64,000 bases of DNA, from contig OX597831.1 of the NCBI GenBank assembly GCA_951406725.2, positions 47,864,001 through 47,928,000 on the forward strand, given 5' to 3'. The notes beneath the pieces are model-generated. The model was not told the DNA's origin, made no database searches, and was given only the letters and a program-made list of their open reading frames with translations. This DNA comes from Octopus vulgaris. Its lineage: Eukaryota. Position 1 is the first letter of the stretch, and each line of letters begins with the position of its first letter. The position numbers and the translations under genes are program-made. Below are positions 38,629 to 52,999 of this stretch, in pieces.

Positions 38629-39747
38629 AAGATTCTTGTATCTTCCATCTTCTGTCTCTCTCATTAATTATATATATATATATATATATATACAGACAGG
38701 AGTAAGTTACCTGATAACAATTGAAGGACAAATCAGTTTAAACATAATGAAAATGTAAGTATTATGAAAATCTTTCATCTAAAGAGAAAACTATTTGTCT
38801 GTAAGATCAAAATCTGATATGATTGGTTCTATCAAGTGAATATCCATAAGCTGTTTGCATTTTATCTTCTCAACATGTAAAAACTAATTCTTTCTTGTTG
38901 ACAGAGGCACCATCTGTTCTATCTTCTTCATATTCAGAAAATTTTTTCAGAAATTTTATTGCCTCTTCTGCTGCCGCTACTACTATTGTTCTTTATCTTT
39001 CCAAACCAATCTATTCATTTTTCCCTGCCATTCATCCATCCAACCAATTATTTTGAAAAACAACATAATTACATTGTAGTGTTATTTTTACCAAATTTAT
39101 TCTCTCAATGCTTTAATTCAAAAATTCAGTAACAAACTTTACAATCACTTCAGACAAACATTTGCTCTTGACGTAAATCTAAAATGAAAAATATACATAT
39201 ATATATGTATATATATGCTAAATTCATCGATCTTTCTATCATTATTGGATTTACCATAGTAAACAATTCGTTATTCACTTTGTTCCATTTACTTACATCC
39301 AGGGTGCGTATGGATGAAGAAAAATTGAATTAAGATAAGAATTCTCACCAGCTCAACCTCTGGCTCTTTCAGAAATACTAATTTGGGGGCAAACATTATT
39401 GAATTAAGTTTCAATGTAGTATGGCAATAGATGACAGAATATCTAAATATAGACTTAGTTAAGGAATAAAAACTTTCTCCTGTGAACTGTAATGGAACAG
39501 TTAACAGAAAGAAAACTTAGAAAATTATTTATAGTGACTGAGATAGATTGCTTGAGGTAGTAGTTTCTGCTATTTTTGTGAGATGATTAATGCCTAGAGC
39601 AGTTAAAGGTACAGTAATTGGGGTAAGAAAATGGGTGGAAGAATTTCAAGGAATTGCTCTAAAAGATTATAAATTTCAAACTATAAACTTATGTTTTATT
39701 TTGTGTGTTTGTGTGTGTGTGTGCATGTGTGTGCATGTGTGTGCGTG

Positions 39748-39779
<32 letters not shown>

Positions 39780-40149
39780 TGTGTGTGTGTGTGCGTGCGT
39801 GCGTGCGTGTGTATGTGTGTGTGTGTATGTGCATGCATGCGTGCATGTGGGTGTGTGTGTGTGTGTGTGTGATTAATAATAATCCTTTCTACTTTGGGTA
39901 CAAGGCCTGAAAGTTGAAAGGAGTGGGGTAGTTGATTAGATTTATCTCTGTGCTCAACTGATTTTATTTTACTGGCCCTGAAAGGATGAAAGGCAAAGTC
40001 AACCTTGGTAGAATTTGAACACGGAATATAAAGATGGATGAAACGCAGCTAAGCATTTTGTCCTGTGTGCTAACAATTCTGCCAGCTCACCACCTTAAAT
40101 GATAGATTCCAGTGAGTTTCAAAATGATAACTTTCTGTATGTGAGGTCA

Positions 40150-40720
40150 ACATGATAACCACTACAACATGTGTGGTTGGGTTCACAATCATGAGGTTGT
40201 GAGTTTGTTTCCCATTTTGGTCTGTGTGTTGCATTCTTGAGCAAGACACTTTATTTCACATTGCTTCAGTTCACTCAGCTGTAGAAATGAGTTGCGATGT
40301 CACTGGTGCTGAGCAGTACCAGCCTTTGCCTTTCCCATAGATAACATTGGTGGCATGGAGAGGTGGCGAGCTAGCAGAAACGTTAGCACGTCGGGCGAAA
40401 TGCTTAGCAGTATTTCGTCTGCCGTTACGTTGTGAGTTCAAATTCCGCCGAGGTCGACTTTATCTTTCATCCTTTCGGGGTCAATAAATTAAGTACCAGT
40501 TACGCACTGGGGTCGATGTAATCGACTTAATACCTATGTCTGTCCTTGTTTGTTCTCTCTATGTTTAGCTCCTTGTGGATAGTAAAGAAATAAGTATGCA
40601 TGGGCGACTGCTAGTCTTCTATAAACAACCTTACCTGGATTTGTGCCTCGGAGGGCAATATTCTTGGTGCAATCCCGTGGTTATTTATGACTGAAGGGAG
40701 TTTTTACCCTTTACTCTTTT
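40150..40720 (+). mobile_element. SINE family C interrupted by a young family B copy (40361-40593)
   Basis: C sequence breaks at ggcatggagag and resumes at gtatgcatgggcgactgc (compare intact copy 51210-51562). Confidence 0.88.
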
Positions 40721-41225
40721 ACACCATGGAACCATGTAGAGTGACTAATAAGGATAACTTGAATCTATCTGTTTTGACATATGCATAGTTTGGACCTGTG
40801 ATTAAGCACCTGCTTTATATCTACACCATGATTATGTACATAGATATTTTGTTTATCATTTGATTAGGAGTATGCTTTAGGTTCATTCTGTGGCCATGTT
40901 ATGCATATTCTATTTTATCTGTGATTATGTGCTTACTCTATGTCCATTCTGTGACTGTCTGCATACATTGTGTCCATCTGTTAATACGTGCTTGCTTTGA
41001 GCACATTCCATGACCATGTGTATACTTCATAACCGTCCTATAATTTTGTGCCTAGCTCATGATGGCTTGCATATTTTGTGTCCATCTCTCTTGACAGTAG
41101 TTAACATCAACCTACTCTGTCTTTATTTAAAGTATATTGCTTGCTTCAAAATTAAAAATAAAAGGAAAACCCAAAACCTGTGTGTAGCATAAAGTGCATT
41201 TCTACATCCCACTTACATAAAAACA

Positions 41226-41652
41226 TTATTCTTTCTGCTCTAGGCAGAAGGCCCGAAATTTTGGGGGTTGGGGGTCAGTCGATTAGATCGGCCCCAGTAC
41301 ACACCTGGTACTTAATTTATCAACCCTGAAAGGATGAAAGGCAAAGTCAACCTCAGTGGAATTTGATCTCAGAATGTAAATACAGACAAAATACCACTAA
41401 GCATTTCACCCAGTGTGCTAACGTTTCTTATTACTATATTGCCCACAAGTAGCTAAACAGAGAAGGAACAAAGAAGAACAGACAAAGGGATTAAGTCGAT
41501 TACATCGACTCCAATGCGTAACTAGTACTTAATTTATCGACCCCGAAAAGATGAAAGGCAAAGGCGGAATTTGAACTCAGAACGTAACTGCAGACAAAAT
41601 ACCACTAAGCATTTTGCCCAGCGTGCTAACATTTCTGCCAGCTCACAGCCTT
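41226..41652 (-). mobile_element. Two nested SINE family B copies
   Basis: Core repeated; tgctaacgtttct and tgctaacatttct at the junctions. Confidence 0.85.
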
Positions 41653-42889
41653 ACTCACATACAAACATTACTGTATAAGTAAAGCTTGTCTTATAATCTA
41701 GAAATCAGTCTGTTCTACTCCATTGAGTCTTCATCACGTCTCTTAAAGAATTTATTTAGGTTATCTTCCTCATATTAGCTTCTCTTTCAAAGATCACGTG
41801 TAACTCAGAAAGTAAATTCTCATTCCTATCAGAGTTTTTCAATTTTTCTTCTTTCTAACTCTATTTAAAAAACAATTTTTAATGTTTTTTTTTTATTATT
41901 TTCTTTTACATTTTAGTTCTGACTATATTTCTCCCACCCGTCCTACCTCCCCATCTACTACTCCTGTTCTGCATTTGTATGTTTTTATTATCCAATAAAA
42001 ATCGTCTAACATAGAATGACAACGTGTATTTTGAAAGAAGCCAGATACCATGAGTATTGAAGGAAAAGAATTAGAAAATTTATTTATTTGTTTGTTTTAT
42101 TTATTTTTATTTGAAGACAACCATAGACATGTCTAACATTTATCAAAAACTGTATTTTCGGTGATTGTGAAGGTTATGGCGATGAAGCCATTGCAGGTTA
42201 GAAAAGAATAAACACACACACACACACTGACACACTCTCAAACACACACACACACACACACACTGACACACTCTCAAACACACACATACACACACACACA
42301 CATGCACACAGACAGTTATAATTCTGTTGAGGTTGTTGATAGAAATATAGCAATTTCATAAATGCTCTTCTGTTGATTTCGGAGCATGAGAATTAAAATA
42401 TTTCCTAAGCAAGTTGAAATAATTAAGGTCTTTCATAATCATTGCATCGTCATTGTTATCATCATCATCATCATCATCATTGTTATCATCATCAGCGTCA
42501 GTATCATCACCTCACAAGATAAAGGGCGGGGTGCCCATAGCTCTTGTAAGCTGTGTGTTGCCCATAGCTCTTGCAAAGTTATAGCAAAGTTTTAAAGTTG
42601 AAGTTTCAATGTAATGCATAATGGGACTCTTGTTTGTAACTATCATGTGATGCTCAGACAAGGAGACATGAGCACAGACACACTCTCTCTCTCTCTCTTT
42701 ATCTCTCTCTCTCACACACACATACACACACACGTGCACACTCATGATGGACTCTTAGTTGCTGTCTATCAAATCCACTCACAATGCTTTGGTCATCTCA
42801 AGGCTGTAGCAGAAGACACTTGTCCAGAGTGTCATGCTGTAGGACTAAGGCCAAAACTATATGGGTAACAAGCAAAATTCTTAACCATA

Positions 42890-43061
42890 TAGGCATAGGA
42901 GTGGCTGTGTGGTAAGTAGCTTGCTTACCAATCACATGGTTCCGGGTTTAGTCCCACTGCGTGGCACCTTGGACAAGTGTCTTCTACTATAGCCTCGGGC
43001 CAACCAAAGCCTTGTGAGTGGATTTGGTAGACAGAAACTGAAAGAAGCTCTTTGTGCATAT

Positions 43062-43097
<36 letters not shown>

Positions 43098-43270
43098 ATA
43101 TGTTTGTGTGTCAGTGTTTGTCCCCCGTAACTTAGCGGTTCAGCAAAAGAGACCAATAGAATAAGTACTAGGCTTACAAAGAATAAATCCTGGTGTCGAT
43201 TTGCTTGACTAAGGCGGTGCTCCAGCATGGCCACAGTCAAACGACTGAAACAAGTAAAAGAGTAAAATAG
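42890..43270 (+). mobile_element. SINE family A
   Basis: Consensus match with a small internal deletion. Confidence 0.9.
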
Positions 43271-43497
43271 TATATAGTGAGGACTGAGGGAGAGAAACAT
43301 AATGTGGAGGAGTTGATAAGCAGAAATAAATATAACATAGTGCAGGCATGGCTGTGTGGTAAGAAGCTTGGTTCTCAACCACATGGTTTTGGGTTCAGTC
43401 CCACTGTGTGGTACTCTGAGTTAGTGTCTTTGTCTTCTACTATAGCCTTGGGCCAACAAGTCTTGTCAGTGGATGGAAACTGAAAGAAGGCCATTGT

Positions 43498-44530
43498 ATC
43501 ATCATCATCATCATCATCTGCATCATCATCATCACCATTGCTTAATGCTCACTCCCATGCTGGCATAGATTTGATGGTTTGACCGAGGACTGGCAAACTG
43601 GGTGGCTGCACCAGGCTCCTGTCTGATCTGGCAAGGTTTCTTCAGCTGGATGCCCTTCCTAACACCAACCACTTTGTGAGTGTTGCAGGAGCTTTTGATG
43701 TGCCACCAGTGCAGGTGCCAGTCAGACATCACTGGCATTGGTCATGCTCAAATGATGCTTTCACATTCCACCGGCACAGGTGCCAATCAGGCAGCACTGT
43801 CATCAGCCACAACTATGATCTCACTTGGCTCAACAGGTCTTCTCAAGCACAGCATATTGCCTGACAATTGAAGGGTACTTTTAAATGGGCCAATTATGCA
43901 ACACTGGCATAGGCCATGGCTACAATATCGCTAGGCTTGCCAGGTCTTCACAAGTACAACATATCTCCAAAGGTCTCAGTTGCTTGTCTTTGCCTCTGTG
44001 AGGCCCAATGTTTGAAGGTTGTACTTCACCACCTCATCCCATGTCTTCCTGGGTCTACCTCTTCCACAGGTTCCCTCCACTGTTAGGGTGTGACACTTCT
44101 TTACACAGCTGTCCTCATCCATATGCAACACATGACCATACCAGCACAGTCATCTATCTTGTACACCACATCTGATGTTTCATATGTCCAACTTTTCTCT
44201 CAGGGCATTTACACTCTGTTGTGTATATACACTGACATTACACATCCAACAGAGCACATTAGCATACATTTATTGCAAGCTTACACATGTCCTCAGCAGT
44301 CACAGCCCATGTTTCATGCCGTGTAGCATGGCTGTTCACACACAGGTATCATGCAGTCTACCTTTCACTCTGAGCGAGAAGCCCTTTGTTACCAGCATAG
44401 GTAGGAGCTCTCTGAACTTTGCCCAGGTTATTCTTATTCTAGCAGCTACACTCTCAGAGCAGTTACCCCTGCTACTGACTTGGTCACTTAGGTAAAGGGA
44501 GCTATCAACTACTTCTAGTTTTTCCATCTT
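43498..44530 (-). mobile_element. 5'-truncated RTE-clade LINE: decayed ORF C-terminus (44527 to about 43931), 3' UTR and (GAT)n tail
   Basis: LEVVDSSLYLSDQVS..ARIRITWAKFRELLP..KGRL...ETWAVT...CWYGHVLHMDED...GRGRPRKTWDEVV..DLWR across frameshifts and stops. Confidence 0.92.
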
Positions 44531-44690
44531 GCATGTGAGAGAATCTGTTTTCTATATATCCTTGGTGTTTATTGCCTCTGTGCATCTACCATACACAAAA
44601 ACTATCTTCCCAGTTATTGTTCCTTTGATACTGAGTCGAAATATTGTTCATTCAATAATAATCATACTCTTCTTATTGTTCCTTAATAAT

Positions 44691-44762
<72 letters not shown>

Positions 44763-44994
44763 TATAAAATTACTTTAAAAAAATCTTCTAATTTTCTTAT
44801 ATTTTCACAGACATTCTCTAGAACAATACTATGTCCAAAATCAAAGATATAATACCTTTGTCATAACACCAACCTAAACTTCTAGCTTGTTGCCTCTTGA
44901 GGTCTCTGGGTGAAACTTGGAGTTTACTTGTACAAATACAAAGCAAAAGCCAAACATAATAAAATAAATTATGATGATGATGCTGATGATCATG

Positions 44995-45061
<67 letters not shown>

Positions 45062-45136
45062 TAACAATAATGCCCTAGGTGTATGGAAAACACTCGGTGA
45101 GAAACAGAAGAAAATTTGAAGAAAGAAGAAAAAAAC

Positions 45137-45301
<165 letters not shown>

Positions 45302-46079
45302 CTGTTCCCCATTGTAGAATTATAATCTACAGTATAATAGAATTATAATTTACACTATCCACAATCGATTTCAGAAAGGAAAATATATTAATTACAATTT
45401 CAAAAGCATAGCGATTTGATCATTTCCCAAATTTCACATTTAAATGACCATTTACCCATTAACAGCTTAAATGGTTGACAGAGGATAAATTTAGGAATTA
45501 GCATTATAGGTTTCTTATAGTTTTTCATTCCTTCACTTGGAATAACTCTATATATGCTCTAAGCTGTTGTTGTCCTCTCAATGTATTCAATAGAAAACCA
45601 AGTATTTAGAACTAATATCTTAAACTTGATAGAAATTTCATGGAATTCCTTTATTTGTTTTTAACATTTGTTTTTCCATGTTAGCATGAGTTAGGTGATA
45701 ATATCTTACTTAGGTATTGTTTTACAGTTAGATGCCCATCTTGTCACCAAGCCTTGTTCTTTTTTCTAGTAAGGGTAATTCTAAATGTCTTCAAAAATAG
45801 AGCAGGTGGTCAAATTGTCAACAGAAATAACAACAAATTTCACCACTTGATTTTAATCTACAGAGACACATGCTCTTATACCAGGAACTTTACACACTTT
45901 CATCAACCAAATTCACTCAGTAGGTTTTGGTTGACTCAGGTCTGCAGTAGATTGAACACAAAACTATGTGGTTACAAAGCAAACTTTTTGACCAATCAGC
46001 CATACCTGTGCCTCTAACCATACCAGAAGATTATTTTAACTAATACAATTTTTTGTTCTGTACACACCTGAACAATAAA

Positions 46080-46112
<33 letters not shown>

Positions 46113-46217
46113 ATATATTTATCATACATAGGAAGCACTAATACATACAGGCATACATACATACACATACACATCTATATTCTTTATTTTTTGATAGTTT
46201 TATTAATTTGATTTAGG

Positions 46218-46259
<42 letters not shown>

Positions 46260-46494
46260 GTGTGCTTAACCCTTCTTTGTCCATGCATTCAACAATTAGC
46301 TATGAGGTCTTATCTCCCTCCACTCTGAAGTGAGGTTGTAGGCCACTAGCTATTAGGGTCTGAAAATATGCCATAAAGCACTTAAGGATATGAAACCCTG
46401 GGTAAGCCCATTATCTAATTACTCTACTGCTCTATAATTGAGGGTGTGCTTCTCTTTCAGATTTAAAATTTACTAATGATATGTATATAAAGCC

Positions 46495-47207
46495 TGGGGT
46501 ATGAGATGTTTCTCCATTCCCTATCCACTCTCTTTGATGCTTGACATTTTTATAGAGAACCCATTCCTCAACACCTGTCACTGTTCAAAAAAATGTTCAA
46601 TTGTGAAATATGACAGCAAAGAAGAGCACACATTCACTCTCTGTGCATGATTAAACTCAAAAAGTGTGTGAGAAACCCAATGACTCAATTTGTTGACTTT
46701 TCCGATGGCACACAGGTGTCAATGAATGGTTGAATGACCAAATCCAAGCTTCTCTGCTAGTTCCTCAACAGTTGCAGTGGGATTCTGTTCCATCAAGGTT
46801 TGCAGGACGTCCTCACCGATCTCTACAGGTCTTCTAGGATGGGGCTTATCTTCTAGACTGTAGTTTCCAGCTCACAATTTCTGGAGTCACCGTTGACACT
46901 GGCTTATGCTTATTGTCTGATCCCCATATACTGCATTAATATTCCTCACGCTTTCCATTGCATTGATACCTTTATTGAACTCATACAGCAAAATATGCTG
47001 AATATGCACCTTTGTCACTTCCATTATAGCTTTGAAAAAATAACTGATAAAATCGAACTGCACTCTTCAAAACTTGCACTAAGAATAAGTCCTAGGGAAA
47101 ATTACTACTTGCTTTTATAGCAACTTGGTGCAGGTAGTTCATTCCGTCTTCTTCCGACTTTTATTTCATGCAATTGAGCAAACCACATTATTTATGGGAT
47201 GACCCTA
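46495..47207 (-). mobile_element. Truncated mariner element: 5' TIR and pseudogenised N-terminal transposase (ATG at 47024)
   Basis: MEVTKVHIQHILLYEFNKGINAMESVRNINAVYGD..QR*LQKL*AGNYSLEDKPHPRRP..ELAEKLGFGHSTIH*HL..IGKVNKLSHWVSHTL..VTGVEEWVLYKN (WVPHEL and TGDEKW motifs decayed); TIR-like end tagggtcatcccataaataatg. Confidence 0.92.
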
Positions 47208-47410
47208 TATTAAAGAAAAATGGAGAACAAAACCAAGGCAAGAGAAGTATCTCAGGTCATTTAGAATATTTAAAAAAAGCAAGGTGAATCAAAAGAGGAG
47301 AAGTAGTAGTAAGTAATTTTACATCTTTTTTGATTCGCCTTACTCTAATTAAATATTCTAAATGACCTGAATTGCTCATCCTGCCATTTTCCTTTAATAT
47401 AATATATATG

Positions 47411-47462
<52 letters not shown>

Positions 47463-47697
47463 TTATCATATATTGTTGCTATTATGCAAAAGTGTCGTAA
47501 GTCTAAAACATTGCTTTTTAGAAAGCCAAAAAATAGTTTCACCATTCCGTAGCAAAACCTTTGATATCTTGGCATCTGAAGCAACTGGAGATGCTTTAGT
47601 TTTACCCCAAAAACCAGCTATTGCAAGCAAAAATAAATATTGGAAAAAAACATATTTGGTCAAATTTGGTCATACAACACTTTAACATATCAGGAAC

Positions 47698-47758
<61 letters not shown>

Positions 47759-47929
47759 GTATTCTATTTTTTTGTTGTTTTTAAATATATGTCCAGTTCC
47801 TTTGGTTTGTGTCTATGTTTTCATTTCTCATTGTGTTCGACGTCCTTTTGGTGTCCTGTACTCATATATACGTGTATATGTACATATAGAGGTAGGTACG
47901 TACATATATGTTTATATATATGCATATGT

Positions 47930-47969
<40 letters not shown>

Positions 47970-48507
47970 CACACACACGTGCACGTACACACACACACAC
48001 ATACACACACACAGATACATGCACACACACACACACATGCCCACATATATTGTATATATATATACACATAGAAGTTTGGTGACGCAAATTGGAGAACAGA
48101 AGTCATTGCTTAGGTCGAGTGCATACTTTTATTTATTAACAACGAAGCTACATAATAATTTCAAGAGTTGAGACTTTCCTACAAATGAGCTTAACAAAAG
48201 TGTGATAAGTGCATTTACATAAATCAAACTTTGTGCATTTGCACAAAACTCTCTGCTCCTGAATCACTTAAGTAGCTTCACAGTTAATCAATAAAGAAAT
48301 GTGTGTGTGTGTGATTTACTTTGTAGTCAAGGCTAAGAACGTACTCAATACATGTAAAATTCATTAAGTTATTCAAAGCTAGAATTTCCCTCAATTAACA
48401 GACTGATTTTTTTTCCTTGGAAATAATACAAAGCACCTGTAGAAGAAAGTTTTAACTTTGAATATGCATGCATTACAAAAGTTTTATATATAAATATATA
48501 TATATAT

Positions 48508-48902
48508 ATGGAGTGATTGTGTGATAAGTAGTTTGCTTATCAACCATATAGTTCCAGGTTCAGTCCCACTGCATGGCATCTGGGGTAAGTGTCTTCTACT
48601 ATAGCATCGAGCTGACCAAAGCCTTGTGATTGGATTTGGTAGACAGAAACTGCAAGAAGCTCATCATATGTATACATATATGTATGTGTGTATAAGTTTG
48701 TGTGTCTGTGTTTGCCCCCCAACATCGTTTGACAACCAATGCTGGTGTGTTTACATCACTGTAACTTAGTGGTTTGGCAAAAGATCCCAATAGAATAAGT
48801 ACTAGGCTTACAAAGATTAAGTCCTGGGGTTGATTTGTTCAACTAAAACTGGTGCCCCAGCATGGCTGCAGTCTACTGACTGAATCAAGTAAAAGATAAA
48901 GA
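48508..48902 (+). mobile_element. SINE family A
   Basis: Consensus match, flanked by (TA)n. Confidence 0.88.
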
Positions 48903-49335
48903 ATACATATGTATATATATATATAAGTACATAGCTATATATATTTATTTATACACTCACACACACACACACACACACAAACATGTGTATGCACATACAA
49001 GTGTTCTTACTCGAAAATTTATAGTAGCAGTTGCTCCTTTGAATGTTTCCTTATGGACCTCCAGCATGAGATGGAAAAAGATATTGATTATTTTTAAAAT
49101 TGTGTATTGACTAATTTAGTTTGAAAACAACAAGAGGAATTAGATGTTATGAAAATTGTGGCAAAAGTCCAGCTTTGTGTAGGTTATGAATTAATCAAAA
49201 CAAGGTGTTAAACACATTAATTAACTGTAGATTCACACGTTGAATAGAATTTGAAGAAAATGTATCTGTACATACAAGCATACCCATGTATAATGTATAT
49301 ATGTACATACATTTATTTATATATATATGTATGTA

Positions 49336-49396
<61 letters not shown>

Positions 49397-49403
49397 CTCT
49401 CTC

Positions 49404-49434
<31 letters not shown>

Positions 49435-49551
49435 GTATATATATACACACACAAACAGATATTTAGATAAATTGATAGAAAGCTAGATAGGTAGATAAAT
49501 TAATAGATAGATAGCAATATATATATATGTGTGTATTTATATATATATATG

Positions 49552-49591
<40 letters not shown>

Positions 49592-49650
49592 TATATACAT
49601 ATATATATATGTATTGTGTGCATATTTGTGTAAGTCTATGTATATGAATA

Positions 49651-49697
<47 letters not shown>

Positions 49698-49971
49698 ATA
49701 TATATATATGCAGGAGTGGCTGTGTGGTAAGTAGCTTGCTTACCAACCACATGGTATGGGGTTCACTCCCAGTGTGTGGCACCTTGGTTAAGTTTCTACT
49801 GTAACCTCAGGGTGACCAAAGCCTTGTGTGCAAAGTCATTCTGTGTGTGTGCGTGTGTGTGTGTAAGGGAGAGAGAGAGAAAGGCAGGAAGAAAAAAAGG
49901 AAGTGTTATCTTTATCTTTGCCTAATTTAGACAACAGTTTACTCAACGCACCCTGTATATATATATATATA

Positions 49972-50290
49972 TCATCATCATCATATAATGTCTGCTTTCC
50001 ATGCTAGCATGGGTTGGACGATTTGACTGAGGACTGGCAAACCAGATGGTTGCACCAGGTTCCAATCTGATCTGGCAGAGTTTCTACAGCTGGATGCTCT
50101 TCCTAACGCCAACCACTCCCAGAGTATATTGGGTGCTTTTACGTGCCACCGGCACGAGGGCCAGTCAGGTGGTACTGGCAATGGTCACACTTAAATGGTG
50201 TCTTTTACATGCCACCTGCACAGGAGCCAGTCCAGCAGCACTGGCAATGACTTCGCTCAAATGCTTTTTCACATGCCCCCGGTACATGTG
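49972..50290 (-). mobile_element. RTE 3' UTR copy
   Basis: Closely similar to 20952-21300. Confidence 0.88.
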
Positions 50291-50534
50291 TCAGTATATA
50301 TATATATATATATAGTTAGATCAATTATAAAAGTAATCTAAATTATATCTTAAAGATAAAATCTAACAATTTCCAGATACAAGTGAAGTGTTCATGTTAA
50401 GAAAGTGTATAATTATATTTATCTAACAGAAGTGTTGTATGCATTAAACTAACCTTCAATATATCAAAACAACTGGAGATGAGCCCTCTTCCTTTCTTTC
50501 TTCCTGCCTTTTTCTCCCTCTCTCTCCCTCTCCC

Positions 50535-50600
<66 letters not shown>

Positions 50601-51209
50601 AATGACTTTGCACACAAGTGTTGCATGACTGAGAGGTTAAAAGGCTTACTCCATAACTAGGTGATTCTAGTTTCAATCCCACTGCATGCTATATTGGACA
50701 AATGTTTTTCTTTACGACATTCTTAGGCTGACCAATGCTTTAAAAGTAGAACTTTTTAAACTGAGAGTGTACAAAATCCTGACTTGTCTTTCTTTTATTT
50801 ATCTTTATTTTTCTACTTATGAAAATTATTGCTAAAGGGAAGAAGCTGGTTTCTAACAAAGAAACAAAACCCTATGTGATGACATCTGGGTAAGAACAAC
50901 AAGAACTGTTACCAGTAAAACTCCAGAAAAGTCTTGCATATTTTAGCTGTTCCACTTACGGAATATATTTGTAAAATGCATGTTAGCTGGTCATTTTCTT
51001 TTCCTGTAAACACTATATATTCTATCAGATAAGCATTCATACATGTATGACAGCATCTATCTTTCCCTTCGTTTGTTTTTTCCTTCCTTCCTTCCTTTCT
51101 TCTTTCCTCCTTCTTTCATTCATTCAGTGTAAAATGTAAATACAAACCAGAGTATGGTAAATTAAAAAATAACAAGCTAATGTTTCCACATGCATATCTT
51201 CTCTTCTGT

Positions 51210-51562
51210 GAAGGCACATGGCTTAGTGGTTAGATCATCAGGCCCACAATCATGAGGCAGTGAGTTTGATTCCCAAACTGGGCTTTGTGTTGTGTTCTTG
51301 AACAAGGCACTTTATTTTTTTATGTTGTTCCAGTTCACTCAGCTGTAGAAATGAGTTGCAACGTCACTGGTGCCAAGCTGTATCGGCCTTTGCCTAGTCT
51401 TAGGGATAACATCAGTGGCATGGATAGGGGAAGCTGTTATGCATGGGTGACCGCTGGTCTTCTATAAAAACATCCTTGCTCTTTTGCCTCGGAGGGGAAC
51501 TTTCTAGGTGCAATCCCATGGTCATTCATGACCAAAGGGGGGTCTTTACCCTTTATGCTTTA
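51210..51562 (+). mobile_element. SINE family C, full length (tRNA head, V-SINE-like core)
   Basis: tggcttagtggttaga (A box), gagtttgattccc (B box), ttgtgttcttgaacaaggcacttta..ccagttcactcagctgtagaaatgag core, tail ctttacccttta. Confidence 0.88.
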
Positions 51563-52723
51563 CTATGCCACTCTGTCATTGAACAAGCCAGTAACTATAT
51601 ACCACACTATCATACAACACTATACACCACCCCACTATACAACACACCAGCACTATATACCACTCAGCCATGCCACAAACCACAACTATATTCCATAACG
51701 CTATCCTACACTATGCCAACGATTACAGGTAAATTCCCTGCCCTCAATTCACCACAGAAAGTTCTCCATGAGGAAAGCTGACAGAGAGGAGGCAAGTTCA
51801 CTGTGAGTAAAGTTCACTATGAGGACAATTTACCGAGAATATATGTCCATAATATCTCACCATTAATAGATAAAACCTATTTTGTTACCAGACATGTATG
51901 CCAGCACTCTGTCATGCTCCCATGCCATAAAATACAATACACCAGTTCTGTATCATGCTAACATATTCCCTAATGTTTTCAAACCAAAGTTATTCATTAC
52001 AGAAGTCTAAAAACGTTCCATGTCTCTCCTCATCATAGCATGCTAACATGCCAAGCTTCTCTTTCTCTAAACTGTATTCTTATTGACAGAAACTCCTACC
52101 ACTATTATTCTCTTTAAATATATCAGTCTTGATAGTGTGTCCATGTTGTATTTGTTGCGTTTTCATAAGAAGAATGGTGATGGGAGATAAATAAATAATA
52201 AATAAATAGACAACAAAAGAAAGAAAATTAATTTCATTCGAAATTTTGATCGAATAAAAATGAAAATTATATAGACTGTTCGGAGTTAAATTTAGTTAGC
52301 TAGAAGCCAGACACTGGCTTGTCTTTAGGGATTGTGATAAAATAACAAGTGCATCTAATGTCGATAGGTAATGGAAGATAGGTTTTGCTGAGATGTATAT
52401 TGTTGTTTTTGCTATTTCTTGTTGAAAATGATATTTGGCTGTAACAGAGGCCTGATGGGAGAAATTAATCTCACAGAGATATTTATTTTTATTATTTCTT
52501 TATTGGTTTCAGTCATTGCACTGCTGTGAAACTACCAGGACACTACTTTTGAAGATTTTAGCTGAATATTTTATCGACCTCAAAACTTTTGTCTGGTATT
52601 CAGTTTTACTGGTGTCTATTTATAGGAAGTCACCTGTGCTTCTCCCTTTATCATAACTTAGCTTCTCAACACCTGGCATAAAGGCATCACCCCTCTCATG
52701 CACTCCTCACACTCGCCATTTAA

Positions 52724-52945
52724 TCCTTTTGTTACCATATTTCTATCAACACATGCTGCCTTTGTTTGAATTAATTTTTAAAATAAATGAAGAATTTAGT
52801 AAAATAACTTTCTCATTATTAAGCTGGGATCTGGAACAAATTAGCATAAAATTTTAATGGGAGATTTAGCATTTAGACCACTTTAAAACAGTAAGTTTAT
52901 GCCATAGAACCTAGGGTGGTCTCCAGCAGCTTGGTATCAAAAGGG
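52724..52945. mobile_element. piggyBac-type MITE (second family)
   Basis: TTAA-tccttttgttacca ... tggtatcaaaaggg-TTAA; partial relative at about 8300-8436. Confidence 0.82.
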
Positions 52946-52999
52946 TTAATCAAGTTGGCTTTTTCCTGTTCTTTTTCTGTCTTGCAAGTTGCTTGGCAA

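Noticed and set aside
47466-47663. Secreted peptide ORF with signal peptide
   Set aside because: Starts at TTG and the hydrophobic stretch is a T-rich tract; retained only as a candidate exon
51210-51285. tRNA genes at SINE heads (also 37742, 62720)
   Set aside because: A and B boxes present but no clean cloverleaf, and they run directly into SINE cores
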